From assembly GCF_964213995.1 (NCBI RefSeq), contig NW_027592019.1, positions 1-64,000 of the forward strand: a stretch of 64,000 bases of DNA, read 5' to 3'. The notes below the pieces were generated by a model that did not search any database, was not told where the DNA came from, and was given only the letters and a program-made list of their open reading frames with translations. Positions 1-13,995 of this stretch are shown piece after piece. Position numbers and translations under genes: made by a program. The DNA comes from Mustelus asterias (taxonomy: Eukaryota). The first letter of the stretch is position 1; each line of letters starts with the position of its first letter.

Positions 1-978
1 TTCTGCCATTTATCGTATAGCTCCCCCCTACGTTAGTTCTACCAAAATGCATCACTTCGCATTTATCTGGATTGAACTCCATCTGCCATTTCTTTGCCCA
101 AATTTCCAGCCTATCTATATCCTTCTGTAGCCTCTGACAATGTTCCTCACTATCTGCAAGTCCAGCCAGTTTCGTGTCGTCCGCAAACTTACTGATCACC
201 CCAGTTACACCTTCTTCCAGATCGTTTATATAAATCACGAACAGCAGAGGTCCCAATACAGAGCCCTGCGGAACACCACTAGTCACAGGCATCCAGCCGG
301 AAAAAGACCCTTCCACTACCACCCTCTGTCTTCTGTGACTAAGCCAGTTCTCCACCCATCTAGCCACCTCCCCCTTTATCCCATGAGAGCCAAACGTTTG
401 CACCAACCTACCATGAGGGACTTTGTCAAACGCTTTACTAAAGTCCATATCGACGACATCCACGGCCCTTCCCTCGTCAACCATTCTAGTCATTTCTTCA
501 AAAAAACTCCACCAGGTTAGTGAGGCATGACTTCCCTCTCACAAAACCATGCTGACTATCGTTAATGAGTTTATTCCTTTCTAAATGCGCATACATCCTA
601 TCTCTAAGAATGCTCTCCAACAACCTCCCTACCATGGACGTCAAGCTCACCGGCCTATAATTTCCCGGGTTATCCTTCCTACCCTTCTTAAATAACGGGA
701 CCACATTAGCTATCCTCCAATCCTCTGGGACCTCACCTGTGTCCAGTGACGAGACAAAGATTTGCGTCAGAGGCCCAGCGATTTCATTTCTCGTCTCCCT
801 GAGCAGCCTGGGATAGATTCCATCAGGCCCTGGTGGAATCTTTACTTGTTAAAATCTATACTAGTTAAAAAATCTATACTATTTAAAGAATCTATACCAG
901 TTAAAAACCTAACACTTCCTCCCTTGTAATGGAGATTTTCTCTAACGGGTCAACACTCCCCTCCGAGACACTCCCAGT
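1..978 (-). mobile_element. CR1/HER1-type LINE fragment (ORF2 reverse transcriptase region)
   Basis: Minus-strand ORF 498-704 reads VPLFKKGRKDNPGNYRPVSLTS...SQHGFVRGKSCLTNLVEFF, typical of CR1 ORF2. A short ~18-bp tandem repeat (aaaatctatactagtt-like, ~848-915) interrupts it. Confidence 0.9.
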
Positions 979-2257
979 TTTATTTCACTTCATTCTTCCA
1001 TGGGACGTGGGAGTCTCTGGAAAGACCAACATTTATTTCATGTGCCTAATCTCTTTTCAACTGAATGGTGTGTTAGGGCATCTCAGAAGGCGTTGCCCAG
1101 TTACTTATATAGCCGTCCATCTTGAGTTACATCCTAGTAAGAGCAAGTAGGGATGGCAGATTTCCTTCATTGGGGAATCAGGGAGGTTTATCTGGTCGCT
1201 GTCAGTAGGAACCAAGATCTATTGATTGAAATCAAATTCCACCAGCTACCATGGTCGGATTTAATCTCGCGTTCCCACATCGCTGACCTGGGGTTCTGGA
1301 TTACTGGTCCACTGGCATTAATATTGCGCCACCATCTACACACACCAAAAAACAATTGCTTGTGTTGATGCAGGGATGAACGATAGTTGGATGCCTGAAT
1401 GTTTTGATTGAGGAATCAGTGAATGGATTGGTGAATGCGACGATAGTTGGTCCTGAAATTTGCTATTCGATATTTGCATACTTGTGTTTTACTACTTCAA
1501 AAATCAAAGTTGGTCCTTTATTACAATTGTGTCAGTCTGTAACCTTTAGTCCTTCTAGATTTTCTGGGTGAATTCCATCCCCGAGATATCGGGAACAAAT
1601 GAACTGAAGCTCAGTGAGAGTAATCTGATATTTTCCCCCTGCTGATGGTGATATTTTCCCCCTGAAAATGGAATGGGGGAACATGATCAGGTTGATGAGG
1701 GCGGATTGTAATATTTGGAACATGTGGCCTTTCTAGAGCAACAAAATCACTCAACAGATCATCAACCAAATTAGTGAAGATAATCGGCTAAAAAATAAAT
1801 CATGTGGCAAGTAAAATATTGTGAAACTCACTGGACACCCAAAAGTTTTAAATTACTTTCCAAAACGATGTAATAATCAATCTAGATTTTAAGCTTCTAT
1901 AACTTCACATTAAATACAGATACTTTCAGTTATACTGTCATTCTAAAAATGGTCACACACTCCAGACATATCTCAAGAGTTTTTGTGTGATGATGAAGTG
2001 ATTACTGGTCAATAAAACGCAGAGGCTGCTGTGTAGCTGCTCCTTATCCTCGGTCTGATTTAATTCCATTTCCCGCTGAATTCTGGGACAGATTTGATTA
2101 TTTGGTGACGAAAGGCCAAAGTGAACGGAATAAATTTGAATCTCAATGAATTATATTTAATAAACTGCAATTAATTTTGTATCAAATAAAATGCTGAAAA
2201 TAATTTGTGAAATATTTATTTATTTTTGTGATTTGCAGATTATTAGTAATATTCGCA

Positions 2258-2985
2258 CCAGACAATGACCATCTCCAAAAAGAGAGAATCTACCCATTGC
2301 TCCTTGTCACTCAATGATATTACGATACTGAATCACCCACTATAAACATCGTCGGTGTTACCATTGGCTAATCGCTGAATTAACTAGGTATATAAATGCT
2401 CCGGCTCGAATATCAGGTCAGCTTGCTGTGGGTGACCCACCTCCTGACTCCCCAAACCTGTCCACCACCTACAAACCACAACTCAGGAGTATAATAGAGT
2501 TCTCTGCACTTGCTTGAATGACTGCAGCTAAAACAGCATTCAAGAAGTTTTAAAGCATTCAGGAAAACGCAGACGGCCTGACTGGCATAGCATTTGCAAA
2601 TGCTCTCTCCCTCCACCACCGACAAACAAGAGCAGCATTATGTGCCATCTACAAATTTCACTACAGGAACTCACCAAGAATCCTTTGGCTGTACCTTCCA
2701 ATCACACATCAGTTACCATCTGGAAGGACAGGGATAACAATTACCTGGGAGTATCACCTATAAATTCCCCTCCAAGCCATTCACAAATCTGATTTGGAAA
2801 AAAGCTCCCTTCTTTCATTGTCGCTGGATTGAAATCCTAGAACCTCCTCTGTAACAGCACTGTGTGAGTACCTACACCACAGGTTGCGCAGAAATTCAAG
2901 AAGGTAGCTCACCACCAGCTTACGAAGGACAATTAGGGATAGGCAAAAATGCTGACCTACCCAGCAAAGCCCACATCCCTTAAAT
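2258..2985 (+). mobile_element. Degenerate 3' part of a second non-LTR LINE family (CR1/L2 group)
   Basis: Shares diagnostic stretches with 6340-7870 and 32212-32640 (cacctcctgactccccaaacctgtcc, agctcaccaccag, aattagggataggcaa...cccacatccc). Confidence 0.7.
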
Positions 2986-3920
2986 TAGAATTTAAATTTA
3001 TTCATGTTTATGAATGGATGATAACTGGTGAACAAAATTATGCAACTTTGTGAATGGATGCCAATTGATGAAAATAAATAACAATTTTATGAACATTTAT
3101 GACCTTCTCTTTCTCTGCTGGAAGGTAGGATCTGTTCTGCAGGAGATGCGTAATTTAAAAACATCACACTATCTGAAAGCAAAGCCGACAGAGGACATTG
3201 CAACAACTACAGATATATATCCATCATAGCATCATGGAAAAGGCCTTGGCCTGTGTCACACTTTAAAGCATTCATCTGCTTGAAGACCGGGGTTACCCTG
3301 AAGCACAGTGCTGTGTTTGTATTGGACTATATTGGAACTCTAGAAAACATCTGCTCCATATGCCATATGTACGTATCTTGCCGTACTTTCGTGAATCTGT
3401 AACAGCACTGTGTGAGTAGACACACCACAAATTCTGCACCTCACTACCAGCTTACTAAGGGCAATTAGGGATAGGCAACAAATGCTGACCTAGCCAGCAA
3501 CGCCCACATCCCTTAACTTAAAACTTAAAACTATTAATGTTTATGAATGGATGATAACTGGTGAACAAAATTGTGCAACTTTGTGAATGGATGGCAATTG
3601 GTGAAAATAAATATCAACTTTATGAACATTTATGATCTGCTCTTTCTCTGCTGGAAGATAGGATGCGCTCCACAGGACATGCATGATTCAAAAGCAAAAC
3701 ACTATCTAAAAACAAAGCCGTCAGAGGACACTGCAACAACTACAGATATATATCCATTATTGCATCACGGGAAAGGCCATTGTCAGTGTCACACTTGAAA
3801 TCATTCATCTGCTTGAAGACCCGGATTACCCTGAAACACAGTGTTGTGTTTGTAATGGAAGATTGACTCTGAAAAATATCTGCTTCATATGCCCTATGTA
3901 CTTATCTTTACCTTCGTCAA
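2849..3920. repeat. Diverged tandem duplication of a ~550-bp unit (2849-3396 and 3397-~3920)
   Basis: Both copies start ctgtaacagcactgtgtgagta and share long blocks such as tgtttatgaatggatgataactggtgaacaaaa and gcaacaactacagatatatatccat. Confidence 0.9.
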
Positions 3921-4544
3921 TCTCATCAAGACATTCAACACCTGTAGCAGAGCAGGGACTACAATATTTGGGAAAAATTCGCTCTCCATCAAAACTCCTC
4001 AGTCTCATTCATGACACAGAAAACGACAACATACAACCACAATTGGTGGCTTCATGGGAAGCACTTCCAACAGAATCTACGTCTCAAAAAATGTCCTCCT
4101 CAGTCATCAACAAAGGTGACATATGAAAAAGAACCCATTCCGAATTTGATGTTTTTACTGTGTTCCTAATTTTTATTTTAAATGGAAGGATATCAGTTAT
4201 CATTGTGAAATTGATTTATAAACAATATGACGTTTTTCAGACAACGCGACACACACACGCACACACCCATACATTTTTCCTTCAATTTAAAACTCCATCT
4301 TGGCTTCCTGGGAGGCTTAAGAAACAATTACCCCCAACTATCTTTCAGATGAAATGATGAACAAATAAACTTTCCCCAACGCCACGTTAGCTGAGCTGGA
4401 CGTTAAAAGTCCCATGGTCTCGAATAGCGCCCTGGTCAGCATTGATCCTTCGAACCAAAATGAACAAAAATGCATGACCATGGATTGAGCCATTTTGCTC
4501 TGATGCTGACCTGGCAACATAGGAACATAGGAACAGAAGTTCTC

Positions 4545-4765
4545 CTCCAAGCCAGTCACCATCCTGACTTGGAAATATATCGCCTTTCCTTCACAAGCGC
4601 TGAGTCACAATCCTTGAATTTCCTCCGTAATGGCATTGTGGGTCTACCCACAGAACATGGACTGTAGCGATTCAAGAAGGCAACTCACCACCACCTTATC
4701 ATGGGCAACAAGGGATGGGAAAATGCTGACCAGCCAGCGACGCCCATGTCCCAAAAATGAATAAA
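4545..4765 (+). mobile_element. 3' end of the second LINE family
   Basis: Encodes LQASHHPDLEIYRLSFT..., matching the C-terminal coding and tail region of the other copies. Confidence 0.7.
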
Positions 4766-4769
4766 AAAG

Positions 4770-5610
4770 CAGAAGAAGGCCATTCAGCTTCTCGAACGCG
4801 CCCCACCATTCAGTAAGATCATAGCTGATCTGTGGCCAAATCCATGTACCTGCCCTTGGCCCATATCCCTCGATACCCCTGTTCAATACAAAAGTCAATC
4901 TCAGACATAAATCTAACAATTGAACCAGCACCCACTGGCCTTTGAGGAAGAAGGTTCCAAACCTCCTCCACTCTGCGTGTCGAAATGCTTTTGATCAACT
5001 CTCCTGAACGGCTTGGTCCGTTTTTTAAAAGAAATTGGCCCTTTATTCCAGGGCCTTCAACTGGTGGGAAATTCTTATCCTTATCCGCCCTGTCCTACCA
5101 CGTAAATATTTTGTAGATTTCTTTCAGAGCACCCCTCAACATTCTGAATTCGAGAGAAAAAGTTCCAATTTGTCTAATTTCTCCTCGCAACTTAACCCCT
5201 GAAGACCACGTATAATTCTTGTGAACCTGCGTTGAACTCCCTCCAGGGCCAACATCTTTCCAAAGGTGCGATGCCCATACCTGCGCACAGTACTCTAGGT
5301 GGGCTCTAACCAGCATTTTGCACAATTGCAGCATAACATCTGAATCCCTATCCTCCAGTCCTTTAGATACGCAGGCCAGAATTCCGTTGGCGTGCTTGAC
5401 TACTTTCTGTATCAGTTCGTGGCATTTTAAGAAGCTATGCACCCGAACACCCAAATCTCTCTGAGCATCCACTAAATTTAACTTGTGCCTCCTAAAAAAA
5501 GCTTAATCTATCATTTGGATATTTGACTTTTTGTGCCATTATTTTAGCCGTTATGAATATTGTAAATAATTGAGGCCCCAAGACAGATTCCTGCGGCACA
5601 CCGCTTAACC
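4770..5610 (-). mobile_element. Old degenerate CR1 LINE 3' fragment
   Basis: ORF 5095-5472 reads QRDLGVRVH...LVRAHLEYCAQVW, the CR1 ORF2 C-terminal motif. Confidence 0.85.
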
Positions 5611-6339
5611 TGCATTATTCAGCAACGTACATCTATAGTTCATTGCACCTTAAGTTTGGGCAACTTCCGCAGAAGGGGATGTGGTATTATATTTATGGGT
5701 GTGAATTCTTTATGCATTAATATCATAGATCATACCTGACAGCGATATTTTTACAGTAACTGTAAAAGATGGAATTGAAATCTTGATGGTTTATATTACA
5801 TGAAGCAGGCACTGCCTCAATAAATGTTACACTGGACCCTATGCCAATATATATATATATATATACGTAATGGACCCTGTCTATGATTATAATATATTAT
5901 ATTATATGGCACCCTGTTTAAACTCAGATTGCACCAGTGCATGTCAATGTATACATCATGCAATCACTCTGATCCGTATTGTTACAGGTAGGGACTAACT
6001 TTGCAGTTCTGCCACATGCAGTCCTGAATGGTGGTTGACATTTGAAAAAATAACCGCAGCAGGAGCCTCAAATAAAACCCCAATTCTTAATGATGGGGGG
6101 TCCCAGCAAAAGGGAAAAGAAACAAGACTGAAACAATTGCTACCATCTTCAGCCAGAAGGGCCGAGAGGATGTATCGTCTCGGTCTCCTCCTGATGCCGC
6201 GAGCATCACAGATGCCAGTCTCCCAGGAGGTCAAATCATTCAACATGATATCATGGAGCATAAGAATAGGAGTAGACCATTCGGCCCCTGGAGCCCATTC
6301 CACCATGCAATCTGAACATGATTGATCTGTGGCCTAACC

Positions 6340-7870
6340 CTGTGCTGAAGGCGTTGGACACTGCAAAGTTTATGGGTCCTGACAATATTTCAGGTATAAT
6401 AATAATGATTTGTGCTCTGGAGCTTGCTGCGCCCCAGCCAATCTATTCAAGTATATACATCACGATCACATACATAACATTGTGGAAATTTGGCAGACAT
6501 GACCTGTTCCAAAAGGCAGGACAAATCCAACCCGACCAATTACCGCCCAATGCATCCTCACGCGATCAACGTAATGGGAAGTATGAAGGATCATCCAAAT
6601 AGTAATAATAATATAATAATAACAATACAGCTACAACTGCTACGAAAAATAATTTGCTCAATGATGCTCTGTTTGGATCCCACTGGGAGTACTCAGTTCT
6701 AGAATTGATTTAATCTTAGTCCAAATATCGTGGAAATAGCTGATTTACTGATGTGAGGTGAGAATGCCTGCCCTCGACATCAACGCAGCACTTGACCAAT
6801 CGTGGCATCAAGAAGCCAGAGCAAAGCCGCAGCCAATGGAGATCTGTGGAAAAACATTCCACTGGCTTCAGTCACACCCAATTCAGAGTAAGTTAGCTGT
6901 GGTTGTTGAAAACCAATCATCTCAGTCACAGGGCATTGCTGAAGGAACTCCTCAGGATAGAGTTCTCGGCCTAATCTTCACCCTTCAAGGCAAGCTCAGA
7001 AGTGGGACGTTCACTGATGATTGCACAATGTTCAGCACATTTACAACTCCTCAGATACTGAAGCAGTCCGTGCCCATAAGCAGCAAGAATTAGACAACAT
7101 TCAGGCTTTGGTTGTGAAGTGGCAAATGACATTCACGCCGCCCAAGTGGTAGGCAATGAATGACCTTTTTAAGTAAGAGAGATTCCAAACATCTCTGCTT
7201 GTCATTAAATGGAATGACTACAGCTGAATCCCCCACTATCATCATTCTGGGAATTACCATTGATGACAAAGTGAACTGGGACAACCATGTAAATAATATT
7301 GTTACAAGAGCAGGTCAGAGACTGGGAATTCTGCGTTGAGTAACTCACCTCCTGACTTCCCAAACCCTGTCCATAACATACAGGGCAACAGTCAGTATTG
7401 TGAATTAATATTCTCCACTTTCCTGACGTAAAGCCCTGAAGCAACACACAAAAAAGCAGCCGGCTCAATGAACGCCCACCCACCACTTTAAACATTCACT
7501 CTCTGCATCACAGATGGACAACTCTGGCAGTGTGAAAGATATACAACTGGTATAGCAGCAACATACTCTTTCAATTGCACCTTCGAAACACATTAACTCT
7601 GATACTTAAAAGGACAAGGGCATCAGATGCACGAGAACATAATTACCCTGCAAGTCCCCATAAAACCCACACTTGACTGGGAACTATGTCACTATATTTC
7701 AATGTCCATGGATGAAAATCTTGTAACTCCCTTCTTAACTGCACTGTGAGTATATTTACTTCATATGGAATGCAATGGTTCAAGAATAGAGCTCACCGCA
7801 ACATTCTCAAACGTAAAAAAAGAAGTGGCAACAAATGCTACTTTACCAGTGACACCAAGATTTATTTAAA
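6340..7870 (+). mobile_element. Degenerate RT-containing fragment of the second LINE family
   Basis: Motifs occur across frames with stops and frameshifts: GPDNIS, KQDKSNPTNYRP, ALDINAALDQSWH, GTPQDRVLG, FTDDCTMFST. Confidence 0.85.
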
Positions 7871-8081
7871 TAATTTTGAACATGTCATATCTCTGCTTAT
7901 ATTCTACTAGCCCCAACCTCCGTTTATTGCAGTAGGCCATGTCTCAATCACATTACAGCATGTTCTGTCTCTGTTATTTCTCTAGTCGGCTCATTAACAG
8001 TTGTTCATAAAAGTGCCAAGGCCCTGTTTACACGAAACTTGCTGAGTTATGACTATTGCTGAACTCAGTCTCAGTTAATAT

Positions 8082-8345
8082 GGGTGGCACTGTGGCACAA
8101 TGGTTAGCACTGCTGCCTCACAGCGCCAGGGACGTGGGTTCAATTCCCAGCTTGGCTGAGTGACTGTGTGGAGTCTGCACCTTCTCCCTGCGTGGACTTC
8201 CTCCCACAGTCCGAAAGACATGCTGGTTAGCTGCACGTTGGCCATGTTAAATTCTTCCTCAGTGTACCTGAGCAGGCACTGGAGGGTGGCGACCAGGAGA
8301 TTTTCACAGTAACTTTATTGCAGTGTTAATGTGACACCAATAAAT
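8082..8345 (+). mobile_element. tRNA-derived V-SINE (HE1-like)
   Basis: A-box tggcacaatggttagcactgctgcctcacagc, B-box ggttcaattccc and V-SINE central domain. Confidence 0.85.
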
Positions 8346-8346
8346 T

Positions 8347-8700
8347 AGAACCATAGAACCCCTACAGTACAGAAGGAGGCCATTCGGCCCATCGAGTCTG
8401 TACCGACAACAATCCCATCCAGGCCCTATCCACATATCCCCACATATTTACCTGCTAATCCACCCACTAATCCATCTAATCTACGCATCCTGTGACACTA
8501 AGGGGCAATTTAGCTTGGCCAATCAACCTAACCCGCACATCTTTGGACTGTGGGAGGAAACCAGAGCACCTGGAGGAAACCCACGCAGACACGGGGAGAA
8601 TGTGCAAACTCCGCACAAAAAGTGACCCGAGCGGGGAATCGAACCCAGGTCCCAGGAGCTGTGAAGCAGCAGTGCTAACCACTGTACTACCGTGCCGCCC
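8347..8700 (-). mobile_element. Full-length HE1-like V-SINE with CR1-like tail
   Basis: Minus strand reads gggcggcacggtagtacagtggttagcactgctgcttcacagc...gggttcgattccc...ttctccccgtgtctgcgtgggtttcctcc, with a (ttctatgg)-type tail. Confidence 0.92.
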
Positions 8701-8899
8701 GAAAAGCTTTAAAGTTTTATATCTGGCAAGAGGTTGTGTCTCAATTCTGACTGCATTTTCGGTGGAAACTAAGCTGGAACAACACCCTTCTTGCGTTACG
8801 TGAGTTTCAGTCATAGTCATTGCTCTAATGGTTCATTAGATCAAATAAACTCGATCCTGTTTAGTTAATGCTGCACCAATCCATGTATTTATTTATTTA

Positions 8900-9640
8900 A
8901 CACTCTGACCTGTCTCTGTTATTATTGCATCATGTGATCCCTCTAATTTGTGTACTGTCCATATTTCAGTGTGTACCAGTCTAGTTCTCATATTAGTAAT
9001 TACTACCAATGCACTTGACTCTGTCTCAATTTATATCAGTCTACATTTCGTATCTAATTGCTAATAACACATTAAATTCTGTCTCAGTTGATATCAGTCC
9101 AGGTCCTGCATCAGTAATTACTACAAATGCATTTGGCGCTGTCTCAGTTAATATCAGTCCATCCTGTATCAGTAATTGCTTCTAATGCACTATGCTCTGT
9201 CTCAGTTAATATCGGTCCAGGTCATTACCAATAATTGACACGAAGACATTAGGCTGTGTCTCAGTTTATATTGCACAAGTTACTGCATCCAGTTAAAATT
9301 GCACTCGTCACTGTCTCAGTTTTTCTTGTACTATTCGACGTCATTCATATTTTTTAATGTTTCTTTCATGTGATATGGGTGTCTCAGGTAAGGCAAGTAT
9401 TTCGCCTTTAAGTTCCCACAGGCACTCAGCACTACCTCGTTTCTGTTTTACTGGATCAGGCCTCTGCTTATATTAAAATGGATCCTGTCTCTGTTAATAC
9501 TCCGCTTGACCAGAACTTAGTTAATATTGCACTGCACCCAATCCCTGTTTATATGATATTTGTTCCTGAATCTGTCTATATTTCACGAGACCAGGCCACT
9601 GTTATTAATGCACTGGATTATGCCCCTGTTTGAATTATGG
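8900..9640 (+). repeat. Degenerate ~29-30 bp minisatellite (tgcactggaccctgtctcagttaat-like), locally a ~59-bp dimer
   Basis: (c/g)tgtctca recurs at ~9021, 9079, 9139, 9197 and 9257. Related arrays lie at ~5800-5990, 7880-8080, 12230-13520 (+) and 9930-10210, 17400-17890, 19040-19460 (-). Confidence 0.75.
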
Positions 9641-10214
9641 CCGCATTACTCTACGGTTCTGTGAGATGGAGAGGTAATATCATACATAACAATGCTGGGC
9701 TAAAAACATCTGTATTTAGCAGGATCCTGAAACGGAAAGTATTGGATCGACAGACTATGCTGCGCAGGGTTTGATATCCATTTTCAATGCAGTTAACAGA
9801 ATTATATTTCAGATATCACTTCGTCTTTTCCAATGCCCAAGACTAGTCTCCATTCTACAGAGATGTATCTGTAGGAGGATGCAGAGAATTGTGTTCCCCC
9901 AGCCAATTTTCACATGATTGGGCATTGTCGAGTGCAGTAATAACAGTCCGTGCCAAATATAAAATGACCATGGACAGAGTCAATTGCAGAACTGATACTG
10001 CATCTGGTTTAGTACAGAGGCCGGTCATCACCAATAAAAGCAGAGTTACTGTCGAACTAACATAAGCAGAGACATGGTGACGTGCAGCATAAACGCAGAG
10101 CACGTCCAGTGTAATATGAACAGAGACAGAATTTTCTTTAATATAAACCGACACCGAGATTAGTTAATTTAACCTAAGCAGAGACAGGGTCACAGACGAG
10201 TGCAATATAGGAAG

Positions 10215-10525
10215 AGGGCCTAGCATCCCAGCAAACATTCCAAGGGCAGGTGTATCATGGGGTTAGGTACCGAATGAAAAACTCCCTCCACATTGCAACA
10301 TTAAACACTCCCAAGGCAGGTGTAGCTCGGAGTAAATACAAAGTGGAACTCCATCGACGCGGTCCCAATCAATCATTCCCAGAAACTGTAGACTGTTTAG
10401 AATCAGCAAAACTTTCTCTACACTGTCCATTCAAACAATTGGTTAGCAGGGACAGGACGGGTTAGATACAGGGAATAGTCAAGATACATTTTGGAGTAAA
10501 GCTCCCTCTATATATTCCAATTAAT
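10215..10525 (+). repeat. Degenerate ~60-bp tandem repeat (ctctacactgtcc...aaacactcccaaggcagg...ggttagataca)
   Basis: About five diverged copies of the same motif string. Confidence 0.6.
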
Positions 10526-11365
10526 TGAATTAGATCCGTTTTGTTAGAAGCCTATGAACAGGGCTGAGAGAATACATAGTTGGAGTGTGACATGATGTTG
10601 TTGAGTAAAGACAATGATCCATCGTGGACAAGACACGACACAGAATCAGACAGGAGAATGACACAGAGAGACAAAGCACAGGAAATCGCCACATATATAT
10701 TTGCCGTGTCATTGTATTTCGAGATTAGAGGGAATCTTTTCTAATTTTGAACATAGATATGATGTTGGCTCTTTTTGCGCATATAACTGATGAAGAAAAA
10801 ATTGCCCAAAAACAATCACGACTGGAATCGATTAATTTATTTGCACGTTTGCCTCTATTTCTGTGTTGTGTTGGTGGAGAAATACTTGTTGATTTTTGTC
10901 AATCAATAAATCTAATCTGGGATTTCTATCTATGTGTTTATTTGTATAAACACCTTACTGCTTGCAATGAAGTGTTCATGGCAGAAAAAAACAGATAAAC
11001 AGTCACTTATTGATTAGTTTGAACTCAAAATAGCAGTTTATTTTAAGTATATTGACAGTTGGTTCAAAATGAATAGAAGCTTCGTGAATACCCATTGGAC
11101 CAAATGCTATTTCATTCAAGTAAAAAAAACCTTCTAATCAATAATTTATTCTGAAAGTTCTGATGACACAATAAATAAAATATATTTGAACAGGCTGGTA
11201 TTCCACTGAATGTCAATGTGATTGAGGTTTAATCTACTCAAATTTGACAAGTTAAAACATCAGGCAGAAGAGTGACTGTAATCACACATTAGTCTCAGAG
11301 CTTTCAACATGTCAAATTTTGCATTTTATAATGTTAACATTTGGAAAGAACTTGCGTTTTGCTCG

Positions 11366-11590
11366 TAGAAACCCTACAGTGCAGAAGGAGGCCATTCGGC
11401 CCATCGAGCGTGCATCGACAACAATCCCACCCAGGCCCAATCCCCGCAACCCCACATAATTAACCTACACATGCTGGGGCACTAAGGGGCAATTTAGCTT
11501 GGCGAATCAACCTAACTCGCACACCATTGGACCGTGGGAGGAAACCGGAGCACCAGAACCCACGCAGACATATGGAGAATTTGAACTCCT
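11366..11590 (-). mobile_element. HE1-like SINE, partial
   Basis: Near-identical to the 3' half of 8347-8700. Confidence 0.85.
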
Positions 11591-13799
11591 GTCCCCGGAG
11601 CATTACTTCAAGCTTCTGGAAAACTAGCTTGATAATGATGTTGCTATACTGCTCCTTAGGCTGAAATATCATCATATCTAATAATGGAATAACTAAACAT
11701 TCAACACTTGGTCACAGGTTGGATCGTCAGCTCAAGCATCTGTTGTGGGAATTGAAGACATTACCATTTGACTCGAAACTGATATTGATTCCACTGAGAA
11801 AAACTGTTAACTGATCACAGTTTGAGTTTTGCCATTATGACATTTAGCAGAGTGCGTCTAAATTCTGAGATCTGTGTCCAACATTACACTGATGCATTTA
11901 ATTGTCAGAAGCAAGTCTTCACCTAGCCTTGAATCTTATTCTGACACGATGGCAATGCTTAATGGGAATCCGTGTAAAAGTTCCATCAATTCCTAAAATG
12001 ACATCGGGAAACATGCGAGGCAGAAGGTGGTGTGGAGCTTGACGTTCATCATGCATGAGCTGCACTATCAGAACAGCTGAACGCTGCGTTTGTTTCCCTT
12101 CGAACTGAACAATTTATGGGAGATTTAGGACAGAAGTTCAAAACTATGAACGGGAATGTTTTACTGATTAAGAAGAAATTGTTATCCACTGGCAAGCGGG
12201 CCAGTATACATAAGACACTGCTTTATTAGTTATCAATTAACTGAACCATACCTCTGATTACATTGCATCAGTCCATACTTCTATTTATGCTGTATCAGCC
12301 CCAATATTTAATTATACGACAGTAGGCCCTGTCTCTATACTGCATCCAGTCGTTTCTCTTGTTATGTTACACGAGCCATCTCTCTATTTATGCTACATTA
12401 AGTCCTCTCAATTAGTATTGGAGTAGACCACGGATCTGATTATATTACATCGGATCCCATCTCTTTTTATATTACACAGGATTTGTCTCTTTGCATCACA
12501 CCACAGCCTGTCTCTGTTAATCCAACATGCGACTATGAATATGTTGCCTGTCGAGATATTATCAATCACGATACATATGGGCGTGCATGTCCGATACCAG
12601 TCATTCTTGTTTGGAAGAGTAGGTTTATTTTGTGCTAATATCGCTAAGTAGCCATGAGAAACAAGATACTGCGGATGCATGGGATCTAAAAAAAGAAATG
12701 CCAGAAACACTCAGCAGATCAATCATCATAAGTGGAGTGGTATTAGTGTACTTGTCCAATTCTTTCTCTCTCTCTCCTTCCTCAACACCGCAGTCCCTCC
12801 TCTCGGATTCATAACATTATCATGTATCGTTACTATTGAATTAGGCTATGATTCCGTGGAAGCTATGGTTGACCATTTTTAAAATTTCTTTCCAGAGTAG
12901 GACCATGCATATGCGTATATTTCACTAAACATTGAGTTCAGATTTATCACGCTGTACTTCCTTCAGTTATCACTGCATTTAACCATGTAATACTTTTTCT
13001 TGCACAGGAGTTGTCTCAGTTCTGACTGTACTAGACCATGTCTCCTTTTATTTTACTTTCAGCACTGTATCTGTATATATAACGCAATCTGAAGCTTAAT
13101 TTATTAATGCAGTGGACCTTGCTTCTATAAGGGCTACAATTAACCCTGTCTCAGTTATTACTCTACTTGACAATGTTCACTGCAATAACACATTGGTGCA
13201 GTCTTGCACAGTAATGCACTAGGCCATGCCTCTTTATATTCTGCATTTGACTCATTTGAATCATTGTTGCAAGTTGTATCAGTTTACATTACATTATATG
13301 CCGCTTCATTTATTAATACCTGAAGACATGCCATGGTAAATGCTACAAATCAGCATTTCTGAGCTGTTGTTGCTTAGTCAAGAGTCCACTTACGTTACAT
13401 TTGGTTCCATCTCAAATATTATTGTGCTCGGCTCCATGTCATGCACTACTGAACGCATCCGTGCGTCACTTTGCATTCCATTGGGTTCTCATAATAATAA
13501 AGTAGACACTATTTCAGTAATTGCTTTTCTATAAAATGTGTCTGATAGATGGAATGAAAGAAAGAAAGATGGAAAGAAAGAAAGAGAAGAATAGATGGAT
13601 ATTAACTTAAAAATGCAATATAATTGTGTGGATGAAAGGGGTTCGTCTTGTTAATAACGATTAGGTGTTGCGTATAATATCTAATTGCTCTCGTACTGTG
13701 TGCAATATTTTGTTGAAAACTTGGGTCGAGTCTTATAACATCCTCTTGTTCAAAGGAGATTCAGGAACAGAATAAACATATGCCATGTTGCAATACAAA

Positions 13800-13995
13800 T
13801 GGACACTAAGGGACAATTCAGCATGGCCACTCCAACTAACCTTTACATCTTTGAACTGTAGGAGGAAAGCGGTAAACCTGGAGGAAACCCACGTACACAT
13901 GGGGTGAATGTGCAAACTGCACACAAACAGTTACCCAAGGCCGAAATGGAACCTGTGTCCGAAACTCTGTGAGGTACCAGTGCTAACCGTTGTGT
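13800..13995 (-). mobile_element. HE1-like SINE, degenerate
   Basis: cactaagggacaattcagcatggcc...aaacccac...gtgcaaact...gtgctaacc pattern. Confidence 0.75.

Noticed and set aside
1472-1479. Octamer ATTTGCAT as an Ig V promoter
   Set aside because: No leader or V exon is nearby, and an isolated 8-mer is expected by chance.
3304-3345. CACAGTG heptamers in the duplicated unit (also ~3837)
   Set aside because: No nonamer at 12 or 22/23 spacing and no adjacent V, D or J coding sequence.
8082-8700. tRNA genes at SINE heads
   Set aside because: The A/B boxes belong to tRNA-derived V-SINEs with central domains and tails.
11690-12020. Decayed Ig-like exon on the - strand (...QQMLELTIQPVTK)
   Set aside because: No canonical Cys/Trp spacing or D-x-x-x-Y-x-C motif could be reconstructed.
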